Shown piece after piece: positions 18,725 through 26,033 of a DNA stretch of 64,000 bases. The position numbers and the translations under genes are program-made. Numbering within the stretch: the first letter of the stretch is position 1; the number at the start of each line of letters is the position of its first letter. The DNA comes from Candidatus Bathyarchaeota archaeon (GTDB lineage: Archaea > Thermoproteota > Bathyarchaeia > Bathyarchaeales > Bathycorpusculaceae), in the NCBI GenBank assembly GCA_963815095.1, contig CAWFFH010000003.1:1056001-1120000 (forward strand), in the 5' to 3' direction. A model generated the notes under the pieces. The model saw nothing but the letters and a program-made list of their open reading frames with translations. It had not been told where the DNA came from and searched no databases.

Positions 18725-19014
18725 ACTGGAACTATCTATTTGCAACCGCCAAGATTGTTTTTGTGAATCCCACTTATGCCTACTTAGCCCTAGTACTGAT
18801 TGGGGCAGCAGTACTTGTCATTTACTTGATTGTTAGAAGCTCGGATGAGTTTTCGGTGGAAGACACTGAAGCTAACTCTGAAGATTTTGCTGGCGTAATA
18901 CGTGACTCAAAGGGTCCAGTAACCAAGTGGCTTTGGGCGGTTTACATCGCTTTAGCAGTATGGGCAATAGCTTATCTAATTCAGCATTGGGGAGAATTCG
19001 CCAGTTTTCCATAA
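18721..19014 (+). CDS. Stand-alone CcoP N-terminal (FixP_N-like) membrane protein, heme-free
   Basis: FAGVIRDSKGPVTKWLWAVY...WAIAY resembles the FixP_N motif DGIEE.DNPLP.WW; no CxxCH. Confidence 0.6.
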   Translation: MNWNYLFATAKIVFVNPTYAYLALVLIGAAVLVIYLIVRSSDEFSVEDTEANSEDFAGVIRDSKGPVTKWLWAVYIALAVWAIAYLIQHWGEFASFP

Positions 19015-19407
19015 AAAATATTCATTCTATTACCAAAGCTTGAACCATTGTTCTTCGACAAACTTCCATTCTTAATAAAATAGCGCGAAGTCCAAACGAT
19101 TCCAATTTACTCATAGAATTCTGGGTTAACCAAAAGGTTAGGGAAAAAAGTTGACGAACGTATCCTGAAGAGATTGGCAGCGGTTTTGACAAATTTTTGT
19201 ATTTGAAGTGTGGGCAAAACATGCTTCGTTAATAATTGTTCTGTTGATGCCCTTTGCGTCTATCGAGGTATTTATCTCGATTTATGCAAAAGAAACATTA
19301 AGTGATCAGGAAAAAATGAAATAGAAACTGTTTTATTAGTTTTTCAGATTATTCAGTCAATTGGAGAGCATTGCAAGACGGTCACTTATACTGAAGTTCA
19401 TGAATGG

Positions 19408-19821
19408 ATGTCGCAGGCAAATCTAATCATTTTAGTTGTTGTTCTAAGTTTGCTAATAATTTTAAGTATTGTTCTTCAAAGGAGAAAGAAGTTTGTTTGG
19501 CATGGAAACTCTATGATGGTTGTCGTGATGATTGCAACCTTACTAACTATTGCTCATATGGGGCCTTCTTTTGTTCGGGTTGTGACAGAAACGGTTCAAG
19601 ACTTCAATGTTGTTGCACTTTTAGGAGTCGTTCACGGTGTTATAGGTTTGGTAACAATTTCTCTTGGTATTTGGCTAGTTGGTAAGTGGGCGTTGGGCGA
19701 ATCTAGCGAAACGCGTTTCTGCGCGCCACGGAAAAAGTTGATGTGGGAAATCCTGGCAGTATGGATAATAACCCTTGGACTTGGCCTTGCTTATTATCCA
19801 CTACATCTTATCTTTAGCTAA
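19408..19821 (+). CDS. Four-TM membrane protein (DUF420-like)
   Basis: Four hydrophobic segments with intramembrane His (WHG..M, AHM, VHG); DUF420 proteins often accompany oxidase clusters. Confidence 0.55.
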   Translation: MSQANLIILVVVLSLLIILSIVLQRRKKFVWHGNSMMVVVMIATLLTIAHMGPSFVRVVTETVQDFNVVALLGVVHGVIGLVTISLGIWLVGKWALGESSETRFCAPRKKLMWEILAVWIITLGLGLAYYPLHLIFS

Positions 19822-19997
19822 AGTTAAGCACACGCTGCAGATAAGAAGCGATGCCTGTTTGAGGTAAGTCCATTCACGTTCAATTGTTGCCAAGAAGGTT
19901 TGCCCCAAATTTATTTGGGTTTCGCATAATTGTTTAAACGAATCCAATGGACCCGCCACTCCCGAGGGACTATGTACTTTTTTTAAGTGAGTTAGAC

Positions 19998-20019
19998 TTA
20001 GTCAAGAAACCTTACTCAA
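19998..20019 (+). repeat. dif-like site copy F
   Basis: GACTTAGTCAA-GAAACC-TTACTCAA. Confidence 0.7.
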
Positions 20020-20211
20020 GTAAAACCCAAATTCATATTGACACCAAACTGCTTTCTTCTTATCCAAAAATTAGTGCATCCAACTCATAAGGCTGTTGAA
20101 TGCGATTTAAAATTAGGTTTTGTGACTGATATTTAGCTACCACAAACCAGTATAAAGTCAGCCAGTGTTGACTTTGTAGTTGATAATTCAACCTGCCCGA
20201 GGCTACCTTAA

Positions 20212-20835
20212 ATGGACGATAAGAAAGAGCTCCAAACAAAGAACAACTCTGAGAAGCCCAAGCAAAAAAACGACTATAGCAAATCAAGTGTAATTTCACC
20301 TCTTCAACGTTTCGAGAAGAGCATGCACATTACTTATGAAATGTGGCATGATGGTGCAGGGTATGATATGGATGCGTTAAAGTCAACTTCTACGACTGAA
20401 CGTAAAATAATTGAGCAAATGTTAATACATCGTAGCCCTCGGGACTGGCGAGATATCGAAGCGCTTGCAGAAATCGACACAAAAAGCGCCCGAGAAGCCA
20501 TTAAAAACGCGATGAAAGACCCCAACCCAGATGTCCGAGTTGCAGTTACAAGATTCGCAACTACTTTGATAACGAACAGTGAACGAAGCAAGTCCAACAT
20601 AAACGCGCTACAGCATGCAGAAGTATTCAGTGGCCTCTCACAGGTGCTTGACGATATAGAGGATTACCATCCAACTGAAGTCAAGGAAGCACTTATACAG
20701 GGACTGCTAAGTCGAAAAGGCGATGTCGCAGTTCTATTCGCTGCAATGCTATTCTATCTCTATAGAAAGGCAGACGAACCCTTCGATATGATGCAGCGCC
20801 CTTTCTTTCTGCGTTTTAACACAGAAAACAAGTAG
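20212..20835 (+). CDS. HEAT-repeat-like hypothetical protein with a probably premature TAG (frame stays open to 20910)
   Basis: IEALAEID...AIKNAMKDPNPDVRVAV HEAT pattern; ERVKVFRELCIQLNINPEKFLSSK follows the TAG in frame. Confidence 0.65.
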   Translation: MDDKKELQTKNNSEKPKQKNDYSKSSVISPLQRFEKSMHITYEMWHDGAGYDMDALKSTSTTERKIIEQMLIHRSPRDWRDIEALAEIDTKSAREAIKNAMKDPNPDVRVAVTRFATTLITNSERSKSNINALQHAEVFSGLSQVLDDIEDYHPTEVKEALIQGLLSRKGDVAVLFAAMLFYLYRKADEPFDMMQRPFFLRFNTENK

Positions 20836-21000
20836 GAACGAGTAAAAGTATTTCGAGAATTATGCATTCAACTGAATATCAACCCTGAAAAATTTTTGTC
20901 ATCAAAATAAACTTGGACTTTTAATAGTTAAGTCTAGAACTAAGTTCTCCACAAATCTTTTCGACTCATTACGGATTTGAAGTTTGGTTATGAGACAGGT

Positions 21001-21687
21001 TTAATTTAGAGTTACTTTCCAAGTCTTTTTTAATCTAACTAAGAGTGCAACTGATAGTGTGAAGATGAATAGGGGTAAAATCATTAACCAAGAAAACTCG
21101 GGAACTGTAGGTGTTGGGTTTGGTGTGGGTGAGGTTGAAGTGGAAGTTTCTGGTATGGTTATTGTATGGGTGTTGCTCCAATCACTTGTATTCACTGCAA
21201 TTACAGGATAGTCATTTGGGTCTATAATGTATGGTATTGGTGCAACAAAAGGAGCGGTGAAATTTGAATATCCATTGATTGCACGAATTTGCATATCGAG
21301 TAGATGACTATTTGAGCTGCCTAATATTTCGTAATAACTGTTGAGTGGGACAATTGTTCTTGTGACGCCAGTAGTGCCTGTTTCAATGATGTATTGACCA
21401 TTCTTTGTTGGGTCAGGTTCGGGATGAATCCAGTTTGTTGATTCATGCCATTTATACCTAAAATCAAAAAAAATCAAAGGGTAATCATGACCATTATCGA
21501 TAACATATTGATTTGAAATTACAATTTCCAGACCACCACCTACTACATAATCTACGATTCTAAGAGTGAATCCGGGAGTAGATAGTTTAGGTATTGTCTG
21601 AGCACTTGCAGATTCAACGATTATTAGGTTTGAACCTGCTAAGATAACTACAAGAAGTAACGAGAACCCCTTGCTAATGCCACCCAT
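21001..21687 (-). CDS. Secreted protein with PEF-CTERM-like sorting signal
   Basis: Signal peptide; SDWSNT.TITIP, Pro/Thr linker, VPEF plus TM plus RLKK. Confidence 0.8.
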   Translation of the reverse strand: MGGISKGFSLLLVVILAGSNLIIVESASAQTIPKLSTPGFTLRIVDYVVGGGLEIVISNQYVIDNGHDYPLIFFDFRYKWHESTNWIHPEPDPTKNGQYIIETGTTGVTRTIVPLNSYYEILGSSNSHLLDMQIRAINGYSNFTAPFVAPIPYIIDPNDYPVIAVNTSDWSNTHTITIPETSTSTSPTPNPTPTVPEFSWLMILPLFIFTLSVALLVRLKKTWKVTLN

Positions 21688-21723
21688 ATTTTACTCTTAG
21701 GATTACTTTGCAATAAAAGACTT

Positions 21724-21769
21724 CTCGTAAAGCTCTCTTGAATAAGCCCAGTCAAAGTTTCTTGACTAA
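21724..21769 (-). repeat. Tandem pair of dif-like sites (copies G, H), inverted relative to A-F
   Basis: Minus strand TTAGTCAA-GAAACT-TTGACTGG and TTATTCAA-GAGAGC-TTTACGAG, followed by CTTTTATTGCAAA exactly as after copy B. Confidence 0.8.
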
Positions 21770-22085
21770 GCTATCCAGTGGCTTTTCAGGTAAATCTGCA
21801 GAAGCAGCCTCATCCAAGCCATAATCTATAGCATAGCGGGATCGATGACAGAACTATAGAAGTTGTTGTTGTTGCTGCTGCAACTGAATTCTGCACACCA
21901 GTTGCAACAACAATCAAACACAAACCCAAATTACCAAGTTTACTCTTAACTGAAACACAAATCAGACCCATAGAAGATAATGATGATGATAATGCAACCC
22001 AATTTGCAAACAACAGTATCATCAATCAAAGAATAAAAATTACAAAATTTTTTTGCAGATGCCTAAGTTTTGGTTAGCCCTATTC

Positions 22086-22100
22086 CGAAACGCTTATATT
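22086..22100 (+). promoter_or_regulatory. BRE/TATA promoter of the aromatic amino-acid operon
   Basis: CGAAACG-CTTATATT about 36 nt upstream of the leader ATG. Confidence 0.6.
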
Positions 22101-22135
22101 TTTTGGCATATGACTGTTTGAACAGGTTCGAAGCA

Positions 22136-22222
22136 ATGTCTATTGCTGAAAGCAAAAATGGTCTCGCAGGTTCACAGTTTCCTAGCTTCGACTACTACTT
22201 TTATTATTACCATTTTCCTTAG
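22136..22222 (+). CDS. Phe/Tyr-rich leader peptide, 28 aa
   Basis: MSIAESKNGLAGSQFPSFDYYFYYYHFP; 5 Tyr and 4 Phe in the last 14 codons; directly upstream of the shikimate/Tyr operon. Confidence 0.8.
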   Translation: MSIAESKNGLAGSQFPSFDYYFYYYHFP

Positions 22223-22260
22223 GCCCAGAACTGAAAAATTTTTTGGGAGCGGTTCTGGGC
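22223..22260 (+). promoter_or_regulatory. Attenuator-like hairpin
   Basis: GCCCAGAACTG / CGGTTCTGGGC 11-bp stem (one G:U) starting immediately after the leader stop; loop contains T6. Confidence 0.7.
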
Positions 22261-22279
22261 GAAACAAGGGTGTACCAAC

Positions 22280-23515
22280 ATGCAAAGTAACAAAAAAATA
22301 GTTGTAAAATTCGGTGGCTCTAGCCTCGCTGACCATGAAAGACTCCTTAAAGCGGTTGTTGCCGTAGTTAATGAAGCTAAAAAAGGCACCAAAATCGCCG
22401 TTGTAGTTTCCGCCATGGGCAAAACCACCGATGTTCTCATGTCCACAGCCAAAAACACATCCAACGGCAAACTTGAAAAACACGAATTAGACGACATCCT
22501 CTCGATGGGTGAACGCACAAGCGTCCGCATATTCTCCGCTGCCTTGAGAAGCAACGGGGCAAACTCCTGTTACTTTGACCCCATCGACAACAACTGGCCC
22601 ATAATTACCGACGCCTTATTCCAAAACGCTAACCCACTTCTAAAAGAATGCGAAAAAAGCATCAGAGAATGTATCTTGCCAATCGTAGAAAAAGGCACCA
22701 TACCCGTCATAGCAGGGTTCGTGGGCAAAACCAAAGACGGCAAAATCACCACGCTTGGCAGAGGAGGAAGCGACACCACAGCATTCATATTAGCAGAATC
22801 CTTAGGCGCCGACCAAGTTGTACTAGTAACCGACGCAGATGGAATTATGTCCGGTGACCCAAAAATCATTGTAAACCCCCAAAGACTCAAAGAAATCGAT
22901 GTTAACACACTCGTGGGTTTAGCAGATTCAGGCGCCAAATTCATCCACAGCAAAGCCTTAAAATACAAGCCAAAAAACATCGATGTCAAAGTCATCAGCA
23001 ACACCCAGAGCGATTTGAGCAGAGAAGGAACCTTAATCACAGGAGCATTAGCTTCGGAACTGGACGCAGAAATAGCGCATCCAACCCCAGTCGCGGAAAT
23101 AACTGTGATTGGAAACGGCATATCAGCAAACCCACAAGTTCTCACGGAAATGGTGGAAAAAGTAAAAGAAAACTCCACCTTACTGGGTATGTCAATGAAC
23201 ACTAACTCGGTAATCCTCTATGTTCCTCAAGAAAAAAACATCGAAACTCTCCTAAATCAAATCCACACGTTAACAATCAGTAACAAAGAAACCATAGCGA
23301 TGGCCGTCAAAAAAGACCTTGTTTTCCTCAAAACCAGCGGAGTGGGACTCGAAGAAACACACGGCATAATCGGCAAAATCAGCGAAGACCTACGAGTCAA
23401 CGGCATAAACATATCAGGCATATTAACTATAACGTCAAGTATCCTGTTGTTTGTAGATTGGAATGAGAAAGAAAAAGCATTAAAGTTAATTAAAAACTCA
23501 CTAAAAACACGTTAA
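22280..23515 (+). CDS. lysC: Aspartate kinase with ACT domains
   Basis: VVKFGGSS, VVVSAMG.TTD, TTLGRGGSDTTA motifs. Confidence 0.95.
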   Translation: MQSNKKIVVKFGGSSLADHERLLKAVVAVVNEAKKGTKIAVVVSAMGKTTDVLMSTAKNTSNGKLEKHELDDILSMGERTSVRIFSAALRSNGANSCYFDPIDNNWPIITDALFQNANPLLKECEKSIRECILPIVEKGTIPVIAGFVGKTKDGKITTLGRGGSDTTAFILAESLGADQVVLVTDADGIMSGDPKIIVNPQRLKEIDVNTLVGLADSGAKFIHSKALKYKPKNIDVKVISNTQSDLSREGTLITGALASELDAEIAHPTPVAEITVIGNGISANPQVLTEMVEKVKENSTLLGMSMNTNSVILYVPQEKNIETLLNQIHTLTISNKETIAMAVKKDLVFLKTSGVGLEETHGIIGKISEDLRVNGINISGILTITSSILLFVDWNEKEKALKLIKNSLKTR

Positions 23516-23524
23516 GGTGAAAAA

Positions 23525-24316
23525 ATGAATTCAGGAAAAACCCGCAGACTAAGAAGAATCATGCAGCAAGATAACCGTACAGTAATTGTGCCTATGGACC
23601 ATGGCGTAACCGTGGGACCCATCCAAGGCATAACCAACATGCAAACCATAACTGACCAGCTGGTCATAGGCGGAGTTGACGCAATCCTAGTCCACAAAGG
23701 CATCGCACAACGTGTCAATACTAACGGAGTAGGATTAATTGTTATGTTATCAGGCATGTCCAACCTCAGCCCCAACATAAACGGCAAAGTCCAAGTATGC
23801 AGCGTGCAGGAAGCCGTACACATCGGCGCAGACGCAGTTGCCGTGCATGTGAACGTTGGTGCGCAAGACGAAGACAAAATGCTTCAGAACCTGGGTAAAG
23901 TCGCCGAAGAATGTGAAGCATTCGGTTTACCACTTTTAGCGATGATGTACCCGCGGGGTCCAAAAATTCCAAGCGAACACGCACCCGAAGTGGTGGCTCA
24001 CGCAGCTAGAATCGGAGCGGAACTTGGCGCAGACATCATCAAAACAAACTACACAGGCAACATTGACACCTTCAAAACGGTAATCGAAAGCTGCCCAGTC
24101 CCAGTGGTCATTGCGGGCGGACCAAAATGCAAATCCCTACAGGAAGTGCTTCAAACCACGAGCGACGCATTGAAAGCAGGCGCCGCAGGGTTATCCATCG
24201 GGCGCAATGTGTTTCAATGTGATAGTCCAATGCAACTTTCAAAAGCGCTCTCTGTCATCGTTCACAAAGGCGCATCTGTTGAGCAAGCTCTAAAAATTCT
24301 CGGTGAAAAACGTTGA
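23525..24316 (+). CDS. aroA': 2-amino-3,7-dideoxy-D-threo-hept-6-ulosonate (ADH) synthase
   Basis: IVPMDHG, AMMYPRG, GADIIKTNYTG, VVIAGGPK class I aldolase motifs; operon context. Confidence 0.9.
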   Translation: MNSGKTRRLRRIMQQDNRTVIVPMDHGVTVGPIQGITNMQTITDQLVIGGVDAILVHKGIAQRVNTNGVGLIVMLSGMSNLSPNINGKVQVCSVQEAVHIGADAVAVHVNVGAQDEDKMLQNLGKVAEECEAFGLPLLAMMYPRGPKIPSEHAPEVVAHAARIGAELGADIIKTNYTGNIDTFKTVIESCPVPVVIAGGPKCKSLQEVLQTTSDALKAGAAGLSIGRNVFQCDSPMQLSKALSVIVHKGASVEQALKILGEKR

Positions 24317-25353
24317 AGGAACTCTGGCTAGAAATAGATCCAAATGCATCGCCTCAAGAAAAGGAGGGTTTACTTAGCCTTGCTCTCGAAAATGCTGACG
24401 TAGTTTTAGAAAATAACCAAGCTACCAATCGTAATGGCAAATTAGACATAACTTTTCTTTCGGATTTAAATGAGAAAAAAATCACTCAACTAAAAAAAGA
24501 AGGCAAGAAAACCGCCCTTCATGTAGTTATCCAAGGCAAAGAGGATGAGAACAGAGCAGCCAAAGCTGCAGAACTTAGTGTTAACTATGTAATAATAAAC
24601 TGCCTTGATTGGCGAGTGATTCCTCTTGAAAACTTAATTGCGAAAGGCAGAGGAAAAAGCGTCCTAATTGCTGAGGTAAATACAGCAGAGGATGCCAAGG
24701 TGGTTTTGGAGGCACTTGAACTGGGAACTGACGGAGTGCTCCTTAAGACTGGGAAACTAAATGAATTGGAAAAAACCATAAAAATCATCAAAGCACAAGC
24801 GCAAAAGATGGCGTTAACGCCAGCGAAGATTTTGTCCATAAAGCCAATTGGTTCAGGAGCAAGAGTTTGTGTTGATACTGTTGATTTGATGTGTCCCGGC
24901 GAAGGAATGCTTGTGGGTTGCCAGTCTGCTGGCTTCTTTTTAGTTGAAGCTGAAGTAAACGAGAACCCCTACGTACAGTCTCGACCTTTCCGCGTGAACG
25001 CTGGACCAGCATCACACTACACTTTAACTTCAACGCAGAGCACACGTTACCTCTCCGAACTCAAGGCAGGAGACGAAGTTTTAATTGTCAACCGAGAAGG
25101 CAAAGTCAGATTAACAAACGTTGGCAGATCCAAAATAGAGTTCCGTCCCCTAATCCTAATCGAAGCCCAAGCCGACGACACAAAAATCAAAACCATCCTT
25201 CAAAACGCCGAAACCATTCGCCTAGTCACACCAAAAGCATCTAAACCCGTCACAGAACTAAAACCCAATGATGAAGTCCTTGTGCATTTATCGGCGAAGG
25301 GAGGAAGACACTTCGGCATATCTGTGCCTGAAGAAACGGTGATAGAAAAGTGA
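24313..25353 (+). CDS. aroB': 3-dehydroquinate synthase II
   Basis: DWRVIPLENLIA, RVCVDT, RPFRVNAG, LQNAETIRL motifs. Confidence 0.93.
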   Translation: MKELWLEIDPNASPQEKEGLLSLALENADVVLENNQATNRNGKLDITFLSDLNEKKITQLKKEGKKTALHVVIQGKEDENRAAKAAELSVNYVIINCLDWRVIPLENLIAKGRGKSVLIAEVNTAEDAKVVLEALELGTDGVLLKTGKLNELEKTIKIIKAQAQKMALTPAKILSIKPIGSGARVCVDTVDLMCPGEGMLVGCQSAGFFLVEAEVNENPYVQSRPFRVNAGPASHYTLTSTQSTRYLSELKAGDEVLIVNREGKVRLTNVGRSKIEFRPLILIEAQADDTKIKTILQNAETIRLVTPKASKPVTELKPNDEVLVHLSAKGGRHFGISVPEETVIEK

Positions 25354-26033
25354 CCCCGAGAATCTGCGTTTCGATTCTCACAAAAAACAACATAGACGCA
25401 TTAAAACTAATTGAGCAAGCAGAACAAGCCAAAGCCGACCTAATCGAAATAAGGCTTGACCGTTTCGAAATTTCCCGCAGACTATCTGATCTTTCTGCAA
25501 GCACAAAAATTCCCCTAATCGCCACCAATAAACTTCAAAGCGAAAAAGGCTTCTTCACTGGAACTGAGTCTGAACGGCAACAAACCCTTCTTAACGCCGC
25601 CAAGAACGAATTTGAATACGTTGACATTGACCTGTCAAGCCCAAAATACAAAGAAACCATTGAGAAACTAAAGCAGTCTGGCACCAAAACAATCGCTTCC
25701 TACCACAAATTCAACGGCACACTCAACGTATCTGCAATGGAGGCAGTTCTTGACGAGGAGATTGCAAGCGGCGCCAGCATATGCAAAATTGTAACAACCG
25801 CCAAACAAATCGAAGACAACCTTCCTGCTTTGAGCTTTGTCTCATTTGCCTCAAGCAAAGCTAAACTGGTGTGTTTCTGCATGGGCGAACACGGCAAAAC
25901 CTCAAGGCTCCTATCGCCGCTTTTCGGTGCATTTTTTACTTTCGCTTCACTTGAACAAGGTAATGAAACAGCGGCTGGGCAGATGAGCATCAGCGAAATG
26001 AGGGCTGCATACAGTCTCTTGGGGATAAAATAA
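25350..26033 (+). CDS. aroD: Type I 3-dehydroquinate dehydratase
   Basis: DLIEIRLD, IASYH, KIVT, FCMG..GK.SR, AAGQ motifs. Confidence 0.9.
   Translation: MTPRICVSILTKNNIDALKLIEQAEQAKADLIEIRLDRFEISRRLSDLSASTKIPLIATNKLQSEKGFFTGTESERQQTLLNAAKNEFEYVDIDLSSPKYKETIEKLKQSGTKTIASYHKFNGTLNVSAMEAVLDEEIASGASICKIVTTAKQIEDNLPALSFVSFASSKAKLVCFCMGEHGKTSRLLSPLFGAFFTFASLEQGNETAAGQMSISEMRAAYSLLGIK

Noticed and set aside
19022-19400. Possible decayed gene on the minus strand (..EWKFVEEQWFKLW)
   Set aside because: Multiple stops and no recognisable family.
2139-21769. CRISPR array or integron attC interpretation of the TTAGTCAAGAAAC repeats
   Set aside because: Copies are separated by whole genes rather than 30-40 nt spacers, there are no cas genes, and the sites lack the RYYYAAC/GTTRRRY ends and long imperfect hairpin of attC.
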